A DNA stretch of 64,000 bases, from positions 1,053,892 to 1,117,891 of the forward strand of contig JACPKY010000002.1 of assembly GCA_016186795.1 (NCBI GenBank), read 5' to 3'. Every line of letters begins with the position of its first letter. Within the stretch, counting starts at the first letter, position 1. This document shows, piece by piece, positions 38,979-49,426 of this stretch. The notes under the pieces were generated by a model, which had not been told where the DNA came from, made no database searches, and saw nothing but the letters and a program-made list of their open reading frames with translations. Source of the DNA: Candidatus Gottesmanbacteria bacterium. Its GTDB lineage: Bacteria; Patescibacteriota; Microgenomatia; 2-02-FULL-39-11. A program made the translations under genes and the position numbers.

Positions 38979-39593
38979 TTGAGAAGGCAGGATTTTTTCA
39001 TCCATCGTGCTATAATGAGCGCCATGCGGACAAAGCCGATCCGGATAGGCCTTGATTTTGATGGTGTTGTTGCCTATAACCCTTTTCGGGTGGTACGAGC
39101 TCCTTGGGCGTACTTTAAACGCAATATCTTAGGGATAAAAAAACTTACCTTCTTCTATCCCCAGAATGCCAGGCAGAGGATTTTTTGGAAAATTCTTCAC
39201 CAATCAAGTATGTTTCCGGCAAACGGGGTTGATCATTTAAGAGCGCTTATTACATCGAAGGAAATAGAAGTGTATCTTATCACGGGAAGGTATGGATTTT
39301 TGCGTGATCATCTTTATCAGTGGCTTGATAGGCACGAGATGTCGAAACTTTTTCATGATATTGTTATTAATAAAAAAGATGAACAGCCGCATATTTTTAA
39401 GGAAAAAGCAATCAAAAAGATAAAGCCTGCTGTTTTTGTTGAAGATAACCTTGATATTGTAGAATATCTAAACGGTCGGACTCCTACAAAAATCTACTGG
39501 ATTTACAATATTACCGACAGGTTTCATCCCTACCCGTATAAATTTCCCTATCTTCTGAAAGCGCTGAAAGCACTTCCGAAACTATCTCCATGA
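38979..39593 (+). CDS. HAD-superfamily hydrolase (putative sugar-phosphate or nucleotide phosphatase)
   Basis: Motif I IGLDFDGVV (DxDG). About 200 aa. True start may be one of the internal Met codons (about 39015-39024) given the tight divergent spacing. Confidence 0.5.
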   Translation: MRRQDFFIHRAIMSAMRTKPIRIGLDFDGVVAYNPFRVVRAPWAYFKRNILGIKKLTFFYPQNARQRIFWKILHQSSMFPANGVDHLRALITSKEIEVYLITGRYGFLRDHLYQWLDRHEMSKLFHDIVINKKDEQPHIFKEKAIKKIKPAVFVEDNLDIVEYLNGRTPTKIYWIYNITDRFHPYPYKFPYLLKALKALPKLSP

Positions 39594-40732
39594 TCCGTGT
39601 TCTTATTACCCTGACGTATTACTCTCCATATGTATCGGGTCTGACAATGTATGTGAAGCGTCTTTCAGAACATTTAGATAAAAGGAGATTCTCGGTGAGA
39701 GTTCTTACGATGCGCCATACTGCATCGCTAAAGTCTACAGAAATTATTAATCAAATTCCAGTTATTCGAGCCTCGTATTTTGCAAAGATAAGTAAAGGGT
39801 TTCTTTCTTTTAATTATATTTGGAAAAGCTTGCAGGAAGTACGAACATGTGATGTTGTTGTTATCAATCTTCCCCAACCGGAAGGGCTATTTCCCGCTCT
39901 CTTTGCATCACTTTTTAGGAAAAAGCTTGTTTCGATCTATCATTGTGATGTCGTTTTACCACGGACACGATTGAATCAAATGATCGAAGCAATTCTTGAT
40001 GGAGTACATAGGGTGATATTGAAACGTTCAGATACGATTGTAAACAACTCATTCGATTTTGCTAAAAACTCACGGATCCTTCCACAGTTTTTGGGAAAAA
40101 CTATATATATTTATCCACCTATATATTTTCCAAAGATAGATAAACGAATACAAAATATTATCGGAAAGAAGATAAAGGGCGAAACCTTCTATTCCATTGG
40201 TATTGTGACCAGAATTGCAGCAGAGAAAGGTTTGGAGTATGTACTTGAGGCAATTCCACGTATTAGGAAACATCTGAAAGGTAAACCATTTCGTATATTC
40301 CTTGCTGGTCCGGAATCTATCGTTGGCGAGGATGCATATAGACGTATGATCATGAAACTCATGGAAAAGTACAAAGAATATATTCTCTACCTAGGACAGT
40401 TGGATGATCACGAGATGGGGGCATTCTACTCACTTCTGGATGTTCTTGCTGTTCCGTCAGTGAATTCAACTGAAGCATTCGGGATGGTACAAATTGAGGC
40501 GATGTCGTTGGGTGTTCCAGTAGTTGCAACAGATTTACCAGGTGTACGCGTGCCTATTCAGAAATCTTCTATGGGTATTATCGTTCCTCCGTACAACTCG
40601 GAGAAGTTGGCACAGGCAATTACAATGCTACTTACAAAAAGAAGCTCATATAGGCGTTTTGTCCCATTTGTACGGAGGGAATTTTCAATTGGAAAAACGA
40701 TTGGTGAGTTTCGAAAGGTTCTGGGAGGGTGA
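39590..40732 (+). CDS. GT4-family glycosyltransferase (retaining, GT-B fold)
   Basis: C-terminal EAFGMVQIEAMSLGVPVVATDLPG (E-x7-E motif region). 380 aa. ATGA overlap with the HAD gene. Confidence 0.85.
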   Translation: MIRVLITLTYYSPYVSGLTMYVKRLSEHLDKRRFSVRVLTMRHTASLKSTEIINQIPVIRASYFAKISKGFLSFNYIWKSLQEVRTCDVVVINLPQPEGLFPALFASLFRKKLVSIYHCDVVLPRTRLNQMIEAILDGVHRVILKRSDTIVNNSFDFAKNSRILPQFLGKTIYIYPPIYFPKIDKRIQNIIGKKIKGETFYSIGIVTRIAAEKGLEYVLEAIPRIRKHLKGKPFRIFLAGPESIVGEDAYRRMIMKLMEKYKEYILYLGQLDDHEMGAFYSLLDVLAVPSVNSTEAFGMVQIEAMSLGVPVVATDLPGVRVPIQKSSMGIIVPPYNSEKLAQAITMLLTKRSSYRRFVPFVRREFSIGKTIGEFRKVLGG

Positions 40733-40736
40733 ATAT

Positions 40737-41447
40737 ATGAAGGAATCTCTCTCTTATGCCAAAGTCCGACTGCACCGAGTACCATACTATATTGGATCCC
40801 TCTTTCTCCTATTTTCCTCTCTTACCTTCAAATCACGTCTAAATCTGATAGTTAATCTTATCAATCCTTTCAGAAAAACCCGTCTTATTTCTTTCAAGAA
40901 ATATCATCTCTCTTTTTGGTATAGGACGATCCTTGATCTTCTCGTTTTAAAAGAAGTCATTCTCGATGGAGAGTACACCCTTCCAGAGGTTGTCCTAACA
41001 AGAAGAGACACCGTTGTCGTTGATATAGGTGCGGGCTTTGGCGACTATGCAATCCTTATGGCAAGAAGGTTCCCGTGGGTGAAAGTTTACGCATTTGAGC
41101 CTGATCCAATGTACTTTTCGCTTTTGCAAAAAAACATTCGGCAAAACCTGGTTGGGAGTGTTTACCCGTTCAAACAGGCAGTTTCATCTATTCCTGAAAT
41201 ATTTAAAAAAGCAAAAATTTCCCGTATTGATGTTCTGAAAATGGATTGCGAAGGGTGTGAATTTAACATAATAAAAAAAGGCTCATCCCGTATGATAAAA
41301 AGAGTAGGGAAGATTGTCATGGAATATCATGAGAGGGGAGAACATACAAAGGAAAAACTTTCAGCAACCCTTGGGAGATACTTTCATCACGTGATTATTA
41401 CTTCCCAGAAGGACGTCCCGCATATCGGTCATATTTTTGCCTACTAA
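40737..41447 (+). CDS. FkbM-family SAM-dependent methyltransferase
   Basis: VVDIGAGFGDYAILMARRFPWVKVYAFEPDP (SAM-binding motif I and post-I) and FkbM-like C-terminal half. Start taken at the ATG 5 nt after the GT4 stop rather than the overlapping tracker start. Confidence 0.75.
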   Translation: MKESLSYAKVRLHRVPYYIGSLFLLFSSLTFKSRLNLIVNLINPFRKTRLISFKKYHLSFWYRTILDLLVLKEVILDGEYTLPEVVLTRRDTVVVDIGAGFGDYAILMARRFPWVKVYAFEPDPMYFSLLQKNIRQNLVGSVYPFKQAVSSIPEIFKKAKISRIDVLKMDCEGCEFNIIKKGSSRMIKRVGKIVMEYHERGEHTKEKLSATLGRYFHHVIITSQKDVPHIGHIFAY

Positions 41448-42999
41448 GAGTATTCCTTCGAAAGATTACTACGAAGATAAGAAAGAAGAGGGGAAAGTAA
41501 AACAGGAGAAGAAGGTGCAGGTTATAGATATTTGGGAACGTAGCGTCAAAGAATAGTTTTATATTGAAAGTGAGATTTTCTGGTGTGAAAAAAGGCAAAT
41601 GAAGCCAAGAAAGATAAAATCTATGCTCTCCGGAAACATGAGGGGCAAAGTGAGTGAGATTTGAATACCAGCCGTTTTCAATGGAAAAGAATATACCAAC
41701 GAGAGTGGTTATTCGGATGATAGAGATAAATAAAGTATGTTTCATTCTTGAGAGGGTATCAAGGAAAAAGCCAAATCCCAAAAGAGAGACCACAGCAACC
41801 GGAAGAAAGTAGCGTGTATCGTACATATTCGTTGCCCAAAAGATTGTTAACTTTGATGAGGCAACAAACATAATAAGGATAGAGAGAAACATGAAAATAG
41901 CTTCTCGTTTTTTTTTCTTAAGGAAGAAAATCCACCCGACTATTGCAAAAAATAGTGCCGGGGTTTGAATAAAGATTCCTTTGTAGGGCCAGACTGTTGC
42001 AAACAGTGCGCCCATTTGTCTACTTATGGTAGGGTGATCCCAGTAGAATGTGAGAAGATGTGGGTCGATTGGTCCAAAACTAAAAAGGTTGGTTGCCACA
42101 CTTGGAAGAAGAGGAGTTTGAAAAAGGTTTTCGGGATTGTTCATCCAGGTAAAGTATGCTTTATGGAGATGAGGATTGGTAAAAGGATTTCTAAATACTT
42201 TGAAATTATAGAAAAAGATACTTAAAAGCAGTGGCAGAAGTCCCAAAACAAAAAGAGAGATGGGAAGAGAACTTCTTTTTTTAAACTTTATTAAATAATA
42301 CAGAATAAAAATTGGAATAATAAAAAATTTAGAGTAATCAACATACAGGGCAAACCCTACCATAATTCCCGAGGCAAGCACGTATCTAAGTCTTACGGAA
42401 GAAATGGCAAAGTACCAGCTTAAAAGAAAAAAGGTAATAAAAGTAGGCTCTCGAAAAAAGCTGGCACTGTATTTCCACATTAGCGTTCCTGCACCTATAA
42501 TGATGGCTGTGAAAAATGAGCTTTTTTTCGATATGCCAATTTTTAAGCAGATGAGGAAAGAAATAGCAACTCCAAGTGCTCCAATTGACGCGGTTGAAAG
42601 ATAGGTAAGCGCCTGGAGAATACTGTCTTCATCAACCGCAGGATGTCTTCCTCCATAGGGATAGTTTCCCAAAGGCAAGATATGTTTTCCAGCAATGTAA
42701 AAGGGGATAGAGAGGATAGATAAACCTGGCTCACGGTCAAGATAGTAATGAGAATTAGCTAATGCATAGTCAACCCGATACGTCCACTTCCGAAAATCAT
42801 CAATTGCAAACGTTCCCTTCTCTGCAATTGCTTGAGTTAGAGCATACTGGGATCCATCAGCACTATTCATACCTCCAACAGTACTTGAAAAGTAGAGAGC
42901 CGTAAAAAGAAAGAATAGAAAAAGCGAAGCTATATTGGTAGATACAATCTGTCTCTTTCGCATGGAGAAAGTGTAGCAGAGTTGATATACTCCTTCCAT
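41398..42999 (-). CDS. Polytopic membrane protein, putative GT-C glycosyltransferase
   Basis: 533 aa with about 12-13 TM helices. N-terminal positive n-region (MRKRQ, possible real start at 42963). No soluble catalytic motifs. Placement among GT-C-like genes. Confidence 0.5.
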   Translation of the reverse strand: MEGVYQLCYTFSMRKRQIVSTNIASLFLFFLFTALYFSSTVGGMNSADGSQYALTQAIAEKGTFAIDDFRKWTYRVDYALANSHYYLDREPGLSILSIPFYIAGKHILPLGNYPYGGRHPAVDEDSILQALTYLSTASIGALGVAISFLICLKIGISKKSSFFTAIIIGAGTLMWKYSASFFREPTFITFFLLSWYFAISSVRLRYVLASGIMVGFALYVDYSKFFIIPIFILYYLIKFKKRSSLPISLFVLGLLPLLLSIFFYNFKVFRNPFTNPHLHKAYFTWMNNPENLFQTPLLPSVATNLFSFGPIDPHLLTFYWDHPTISRQMGALFATVWPYKGIFIQTPALFFAIVGWIFFLKKKKREAIFMFLSILIMFVASSKLTIFWATNMYDTRYFLPVAVVSLLGFGFFLDTLSRMKHTLFISIIRITTLVGIFFSIENGWYSNLTHFAPHVSGEHRFYLSWLHLPFFTPENLTFNIKLFFDATFPNIYNLHLLLLFYFPLFFLIFVVIFRRNTLSRQKYDRYAGRPSGK

Positions 43000-43011
43000 A
43001 CATACCGCTCT

Positions 43012-44535
43012 ATGAAAAAACAGGTTTTACTTTTTCTCATTTTGATTCTGGGGGCGATATTTCGGCTGTACCAACTTGACTCGTTACCCGGAGAAATGTG
43101 GGGAGATGTTGCGGAAGGATTTGAGTTTACCCAATTTATTTTTGATGGGAAATGGCCGTGGTATTTTGTGTTGGGTAATGGCCCCTTATTTTTCTATTTT
43201 GCAGCGGTACCCTCATTACTTCTTGGGCTATCGTTTTTTTCTCTAAAACTTTCCAGTGTTCTTATTGGTCTTGCTCTTATCTTTGTAACGTATGTATTTG
43301 CCAAGGAATTAGCTGGAACAAAAGTGGCGCTTTTGACCTCTCTTTTTATTGCCGTGTCGCGCTGGCCTGTCACACTTTCCAGACTTGGGATGATGATTAT
43401 CCTTGTTCCTTTTACTGTTATTGTCGTGTTTTACCTCCTTCTGAAAGCCTTTCAGACCAATCGTTTACGGTACTGGATAGGGAGTGGTTTGACTTTGGGT
43501 ATTGGTCTTTACAACTATCCGGTTTTTGCCATGGTCATGCCGATAACTATTTTTGTCGTTGGGATTTGCTTTCTTCTGGTGCAAAAAAGTAAAAGCACTA
43601 GGTATGTCAAAGGTATTCTTCTGGCATGCGCTGCATTTTTCCTTATCGCGTTTTCATTTATTCAGATGATCTGGGTTGAGAAAGATGTGTGGTTTGCACC
43701 GGGGAGTTACTTTGCCAGTAAATTGGTAACTGCGGATGGAACGCTTCTTCCCGACTGGAATGAACGACTGATCGACAATATTAAGCGAAGCGCTGGCATG
43801 TTCCACATCCAAGGCCACAGCTCTTTTCGAGTGAATGTCTCAAATGTTCCACATCTGGATTCCATCTCCGGAGTCTTTTTCCTTATTGGTCTTGTTTGGT
43901 GTGTTGTTCGCATGAAGAAGTATCGGTATCTTGTTTTTATCCCGCTACTTTTGTTGCAGCTGCCACAGATTTTGGTTCTGAATGTCCCTGGGGATGTGCC
44001 AAATGCCGGCCGCTCAAGCGGCGTTATACCATTCACCTATTTTCTGGTTGCAATGGGACTTATGTTTTACTATAAAGTTTTACGGCGATTCCATATTCCA
44101 TTATTTTTTTCAATCCCTCTTATTCTTATCATTTTTGCCCATGTCGTATATGTCAACACGTTTCTCTATTTTGTTACCTATGCATATGGATTACCGAATC
44201 AAAATACAGCGTACTCCAAAATTCTTGCTCGCCATATTGATGCGTTGCCACAGAATGTTTCTATCTACCTGGGAGCATGTTGTTGGGGTGATTGGGGACA
44301 GCCGGATGGAAAGCCTATCTATTTTTCACTTTCCAATAGGAAGCGGAATGTAGTTAATCAAAGGCTGGTTTCATCATGTGAAGATATTGATGCAAGACCC
44401 GCCGAAGTAATACTTTCTCCCAAAGAGAAAGAAAAAGCAGCACTTTTTGATGATTGCGGCAAGGGAACTGTCCAGACGGATTCGGAGAATGGCCAGGAAA
44501 TTTATAGTTACATTGAAATTCCAAAGACTTTTTGA
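43012..44535 (+). CDS. GT39/ArnT/PMT-like GT-C glycosyltransferase (lipid-phosphate-sugar dependent)
   Basis: N-terminal region LILILGAIFRLYQLDSLPGEMWGDVAEGFEF matches the first-loop signature of the PMT_2/ArnT family (RL..L.......DE). About 13 TM helices and a C-terminal soluble domain. Start taken at the ATG (MKKQVLL). Confidence 0.65.
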   Translation: MKKQVLLFLILILGAIFRLYQLDSLPGEMWGDVAEGFEFTQFIFDGKWPWYFVLGNGPLFFYFAAVPSLLLGLSFFSLKLSSVLIGLALIFVTYVFAKELAGTKVALLTSLFIAVSRWPVTLSRLGMMIILVPFTVIVVFYLLLKAFQTNRLRYWIGSGLTLGIGLYNYPVFAMVMPITIFVVGICFLLVQKSKSTRYVKGILLACAAFFLIAFSFIQMIWVEKDVWFAPGSYFASKLVTADGTLLPDWNERLIDNIKRSAGMFHIQGHSSFRVNVSNVPHLDSISGVFFLIGLVWCVVRMKKYRYLVFIPLLLLQLPQILVLNVPGDVPNAGRSSGVIPFTYFLVAMGLMFYYKVLRRFHIPLFFSIPLILIIFAHVVYVNTFLYFVTYAYGLPNQNTAYSKILARHIDALPQNVSIYLGACCWGDWGQPDGKPIYFSLSNRKRNVVNQRLVSSCEDIDARPAEVILSPKEKEKAALFDDCGKGTVQTDSENGQEIYSYIEIPKTF

Positions 44536-44774
44536 TTTTCTCAATGGATCTTCCCAATTTTTCGCAAAATAGGGTTCGTGGAAAGAGTCTGTATGCTGTA
44601 TTTCTCGGGAAATCCTTCGGAAATTACAGTTTCCGCTTTCCTTTTCGAAATACAGCAACATACTCTAATCCACCTGCACAAATTTTGTTCAAAAATGGGA
44701 AGATCCTCATTATTTGATACCTACACGGATTTTGTTCGAAAAGGTAGGAATGTATCGGAAGATTGGGGGTTAAA

Positions 44775-46475
44775 TTAATTTACAAACAGGCTGTAGTTTC
44801 TGGAATAACGGATAATTTTTCCATTGGGATCAAGGCTTTTAAATTTCTCCTCAAAAATGTGGGGGAGTGTCATGATATAAAGATATTTCTCATCCGGCCG
44901 AAACGAGCGGATAAAGTTGTCGTGGTAATCCGTTTGAATTGACAATACGTTCTTCTCCGGAGAAAAATAGTACACTTTCTGAAAAACAAATCCCGGAAAT
45001 GAGGCAATGTACACGTGTCGATTTGGATATTTGGTATCAATCAAATTGACAAGACGTAGGTCTGCGTTATTGTTTTCCTTCTGTGATTGCTCTATAAAAT
45101 ACAACTCGTTTTGTGCAAGGATTACGAGAATAAAAATCACTGTAACAGAAACACGAACAAAGATTGGTAAACGTTTTATGCGCAAAAATACTGAGAAAGG
45201 AAGACTCATAATGATGGTAAGAAATGGAAATGCCAAAGATGCACGATGGAATGCAGGAGGGGGAATAGAAAAAACCATACCCGTAACGAATGAGACGAGT
45301 ATGACACAGAGGATAAGGAATATGCCAATATTTCTTAGAAAGAGTACAAGTGCAATAACTGTTCCAAGAGCTGTAAGTATAAGGGAATATCTGTCAAAGA
45401 AAGCGAGATTGCCGAAATTGTAACCGCCGTGACCTCCAATATCATCTGTGTACAGTGATTGGAGTGAAAGACGGATATTTTTTTCAACAAACGGAAAAGG
45501 ACTTTTCCCTTCCTCTATTTTTTGGGAAGCGTCTGACCACGATCCAGTGAGAAGCGATACTTGGTTTATTCGAGAGAGAAAGTAATTGTCAAACCGAAGT
45601 CCGTAAAGAGCAAACGGTCCGAATGTGATGGTAAATCCAACGAGTGCTATGAGAAAATCCCGTAAGATTTTCAGAGAATGTATTTTCACAAGCTGGAAGA
45701 GAAAGGTAATAATTAAGAAGGGAAACGCAATAAAAGACGTGATGTAGAAAAGGTAATTGAATCCTGTGATAACACCCAAAATACCAGCTTTGGGAAGCGT
45801 TGGACTTTTCAGATATAAAAGAGCGACATAGAAAAAGACAAGAAAGAGAGCGGTACTTGAGACGAAGTGAAGTCCAAGTGTTTCAAGATATAAGCTTGGT
45901 GCAGAGAAAGCATAGAGGCAAACTGCAATTGCTGCAGTTTTTTTGTCCCGAAGGATTTTTACCAAGAGATAGAGAAACATTGAGTTTATCAAAACGTACG
46001 GAAGTATTGAGTATTTGATGCTCATAAATGAAGGAGGGACAAGGAAAAAGAAGAACTGTTGCAGGATAAAAAACGGTGTTGGAAACCGAGAAACCCATTC
46101 GCCCTTATTTTCTGGAATTCCTGAAAAGAAATTCAGTTTGGTAAAGTCATGCGTTTCGGAAAAGTAGGCTGTGATGACATCATCCATATGGATTCGTGTT
46201 GGATTCATATTGGCAAGGCGGATCCCGAGTGGAAGGAGGAGGATAAGAACTAAGAGGATAAGTTTGGGATAGAAGTTCACTTGAGGTAGATGAATATGTT
46301 GCTTAACAAGATTTGAGATAAGGTATGCACTAATTGAGAAAACCCAAATAAGTGGAAATATCGGATGATAAACACTTCGCCATATAAAAAATGCCAGAAT
46401 AGTACTGCCAACAATTGAGATAAAGAAGAGAAACACATTCATAGGCGCTGGCGGTATGCAGGGAAGAATTTCCAT
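44775..46475 (-). CDS. Polytopic membrane protein, putative GT-C glycosyltransferase
   Basis: 566 aa with at least 12 TM helices and a C-terminal soluble segment. Overlaps the upstream GT2 gene end, consistent with an operon. Confidence 0.5.
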   Translation of the reverse strand: MEILPCIPPAPMNVFLFFISIVGSTILAFFIWRSVYHPIFPLIWVFSISAYLISNLVKQHIHLPQVNFYPKLILLVLILLLPLGIRLANMNPTRIHMDDVITAYFSETHDFTKLNFFSGIPENKGEWVSRFPTPFFILQQFFFFLVPPSFMSIKYSILPYVLINSMFLYLLVKILRDKKTAAIAVCLYAFSAPSLYLETLGLHFVSSTALFLVFFYVALLYLKSPTLPKAGILGVITGFNYLFYITSFIAFPFLIITFLFQLVKIHSLKILRDFLIALVGFTITFGPFALYGLRFDNYFLSRINQVSLLTGSWSDASQKIEEGKSPFPFVEKNIRLSLQSLYTDDIGGHGGYNFGNLAFFDRYSLILTALGTVIALVLFLRNIGIFLILCVILVSFVTGMVFSIPPPAFHRASLAFPFLTIIMSLPFSVFLRIKRLPIFVRVSVTVIFILVILAQNELYFIEQSQKENNNADLRLVNLIDTKYPNRHVYIASFPGFVFQKVYYFSPEKNVLSIQTDYHDNFIRSFRPDEKYLYIMTLPHIFEEKFKSLDPNGKIIRYSRNYSLFVN

Positions 46476-47170
46476 CTAAAAAGAGTTTTTACAGCATCAA
46501 TGGCATCTCCTGCTGTGAGTTTTTTTCCAGAGAGGTGCGACCTTCCCTCATAACTTATTGGAACTTCAACAATTGGGATTTTTTGCCTTATAAGCCGGGC
46601 AGTAATTTCTGGCTCCATATCAAAGCGGTTAGCAAGAGGCGTATTTTTTTTGAGAAAAGAAGTTGGCAAAAGTTTATACCCTGTTTCCATGTCACTTAAG
46701 TTGGTTTTGAAGAGAATATTTGTCATCCATGTAAGGAAGAGATTACCCAGTTTATAGGTCAATGGTATAATCGTATCTTTCTTAGTAAAACGGCTTCCAT
46801 AGATAGCGATCAACCCTTTTCTCTCCAGAAGAACATTGAGGAGAGTCGGAATCTCTTGAGGTTTATATTCAAAGTCAGCATCTTGGATAAGAATATAATC
46901 ACCAGTTGCTTTTGCAATTCCACTTCTAATTGCAGCTCCTTTCCCTAGATTTTTTTTATGGGATATAAGAATAAGTTTATTTTGTTTTTTGTTTTTTGTC
47001 TGCCCTGAGCCGAGCCGAAGGGTTATCTGTTGTCTGGTTCCATCGGTTGATCCATCATCGATGATAATTATTTCTTTTTGACATGAAAGAGGAACGCTGA
47101 TTACCTCTTCTAACACCTTTCCGATTGTTCGTTCTTCATTGTAGACAGGGATTAAGATTGTGAGTTTCAT
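46439..47170 (-). CDS. GT2-family polyprenyl-phosphate sugar synthase-like glycosyltransferase (Dpm1/GtrB/ArnC-like)
   Basis: MKLTILIPVYNEE...IIIDDGSTDGT (DxD-containing GT-A N-terminus), QDADF motif, 243 aa with no TM. Typical of enzymes making polyprenyl-P-hexose donors. Confidence 0.85.
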   Translation of the reverse strand: MKLTILIPVYNEERTIGKVLEEVISVPLSCQKEIIIIDDGSTDGTRQQITLRLGSGQTKNKKQNKLILISHKKNLGKGAAIRSGIAKATGDYILIQDADFEYKPQEIPTLLNVLLERKGLIAIYGSRFTKKDTIIPLTYKLGNLFLTWMTNILFKTNLSDMETGYKLLPTSFLKKNTPLANRFDMEPEITARLIRQKIPIVEVPISYEGRSHLSGKKLTAGDAIDAVKTLFRWKFFPAYRQRL

Positions 47171-47184
47171 TGTAAAGGATAATT

Positions 47185-49056
47185 CTACCGAAGGGAATCT
47201 ATTCCGAGAAGTTTTCCATAATCAACTTGCTTCACTTTCTTAAATACAATTACTTTGGGATGATCGTAGACGGTGAAGGATTCATCGGCATAATCATCAA
47301 TGTAGACTAATCCTTCTTCGCCACATGATTGTGAAGGTTTTGAGACAATTCCATAGCGCATGAATGGAGGAGTTATACAGATGTGAATACCTGGGAGCAA
47401 AATTGTCGGCCGGGAAGTGAATTCCGCAATTTTTTCAAATCCCAAGTTTCCATCAAAAAGTGACTGGTAGTATTTTGAGATGACTGGATACCGGTCGCTT
47501 GTCGAAACAAGTGATCCATACGCACGATTACTTGAAAGAATAATATAATTGGCATCTTCTAGTTTCGGAAGTAGAACTGCCCATTTTTCCTTATTGTCCG
47601 TGCCATAGACTGGTAGTTCAATTCCTTGATAGATTTGCCAGGATTTCTCATTGACAGTAAGGGGAAGGAAGTCATCCCAGTGTTCACCGGCAATTGAGCT
47701 TCCGGCAGGAATATTCTCATAGATCCATTGTGATGCTTTTAAACGAGTGATAGGACGGTTATAGATGGACATGAACGCAACGGGGTAGAGAAGAAGAAAA
47801 CCGATACCGAAAACAAGAGCTATCCGTATTACTCGTTTCGGGAGTATTTGAAGGAGATACTGTATTCCAAACCCTGCAACCAGAGCAAGGAATGGATAGA
47901 TTGGATGAAAGTAGCGAAGATTCATAGCAAACTGCCCCCCTTGATATCCAAAAAGGAGAAGTATCCATAAGAATGAAAGAAAAAGAGGGAAAAATCCAAG
48001 GGAAAAGAAAATTACTAGGGTTTTCCGGAGGGTTTTTTGTCGTAAAGAATAGAACAAGAAAAAAATCCCCACGATGAGGATTACCGTTAACGGAACTCCC
48101 AAGCCAAAAAAGATTGTATGTTTGAGAGGGTAGAGATATGCTTTGGTATGGATCCATTGGACTGCCGGTGGAAATGCTGCTGTTGGATTACCAAGAGCCT
48201 GAAGCTCCTTCCAGTTCGCAATGACTTTCGGGTTTAGAGAAAGTGTAAATATTCGTGAATCGGCAAAAAGATACGGCTGGGCAAATCGAAGCGAGAGATA
48301 AGTGCTTAGTATGAAAGTTAAGGCGCAGAAAAAAATGAGGCGAATTTTTTTTACTTTAAGAGCAAAATAGATTCCTCCAAGTCCTATGATTGGAAGAAAG
48401 AGAAGACTGGTAATCTTTGATCCGATTGAAAGGCCAAAGCTTATTCCCATTAAAAGCGAGAGAAGCTCAAGGCGCATTGGCGTAAGGTGCTTTTCTTCGA
48501 TAGATGCAAGGATTTTAATAAGGAAATAGAAAGTAAGGGTTAGGAAAAACGTAAGATAAATATCAACAGTGTAGAAATGGGCAAGTTGGATAGAAAGAAC
48601 CGTTACGCCATAAAGTAAGGCTGAAATATGTGGAATAAACAAACCTATACCTCGCTTAATTTTTGCTAGCAAAATGATAATCTTTCCAATTTTGTAGACA
48701 AGAATAAGTGTTAACAAATCAACAATTCCAGAGAGAAACCTTCCCAGAAGTGTAACATTGATGTAAGTGTCCCACCCGAAAAATCCTGCAATCCATTTGG
48801 TGAAAAAAATCGGAAAAGTGCCATAGACATAGAAGCCAAAGCCCATATTGTGTGGATTGAGTGTGGATGTATTTGTATCAAGATATCCCTTAATATCTTT
48901 GGGCCATTGCAGAGCCGTTGTGACCATCGTCAGGAAGCGTTCATCCGGATGAAGATGGTAGTTTTGATCCCAGTTATTCCCGTAGAGACGGAAAAAGGCA
49001 GCGAGAAGAAAAATTCCAACTATTACCAAAGTTGGAAGCAATTTTTTTGTATTCAT
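47185..49056 (-). CDS. Polytopic membrane protein, putative GT-C glycosyltransferase
   Basis: 623 aa. N-terminal FFRLYGNNWDQNYHLHPDERF first-loop acidic motif similar to the 684-aa paralog at 51174-53228. At least 13 TM helices and a C-terminal soluble domain. Confidence 0.55.
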   Translation of the reverse strand: MNTKKLLPTLVIVGIFLLAAFFRLYGNNWDQNYHLHPDERFLTMVTTALQWPKDIKGYLDTNTSTLNPHNMGFGFYVYGTFPIFFTKWIAGFFGWDTYINVTLLGRFLSGIVDLLTLILVYKIGKIIILLAKIKRGIGLFIPHISALLYGVTVLSIQLAHFYTVDIYLTFFLTLTFYFLIKILASIEEKHLTPMRLELLSLLMGISFGLSIGSKITSLLFLPIIGLGGIYFALKVKKIRLIFFCALTFILSTYLSLRFAQPYLFADSRIFTLSLNPKVIANWKELQALGNPTAAFPPAVQWIHTKAYLYPLKHTIFFGLGVPLTVILIVGIFFLFYSLRQKTLRKTLVIFFSLGFFPLFLSFLWILLLFGYQGGQFAMNLRYFHPIYPFLALVAGFGIQYLLQILPKRVIRIALVFGIGFLLLYPVAFMSIYNRPITRLKASQWIYENIPAGSSIAGEHWDDFLPLTVNEKSWQIYQGIELPVYGTDNKEKWAVLLPKLEDANYIILSSNRAYGSLVSTSDRYPVISKYYQSLFDGNLGFEKIAEFTSRPTILLPGIHICITPPFMRYGIVSKPSQSCGEEGLVYIDDYADESFTVYDHPKVIVFKKVKQVDYGKLLGIDSLR

Positions 49057-49145
49057 ATCGTTGAATAACTTTTTTACTATAGCATTGATTTTCTATAACA
49101 GAAAGAGAGAAGAACCAAAGAAAGAAAACTTGGCAGAGGTTGCAC

Positions 49146-49175
49146 TTGACTTTCCAGTTTATTATATCTTATAGT
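49146..49175 (+). promoter_or_regulatory. Sigma70-like promoter TTGACT-N18-TATAGT upstream of the beta-helix/PA14 gene
   Basis: Hexamers read directly. Predicted TSS about 49185, immediately before the open reading frame that continues into 49427. Confidence 0.35.
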
Positions 49176-49426
49176 GTAATTATTAATACATCCTCTCTTA
49201 CTATCTGATCAACGTTATTACGACATTTATCACTTTTGTCCTTGCAACTTCAACATTCATTGCAAGTTGGTTTCCTCAGGAGATAGTTCGTGCTGAAACT
49301 GGCGGAGTACCAGCAGTTGATGTCAATTTTAGTCAAAACGTCGAAGAGTGGTGGGCGACTCATCCATTTAATCCTCAAAATCCAAACGCCATCCCAATTG
49401 GTGGTATTTCATCACCGAGTTTCCAG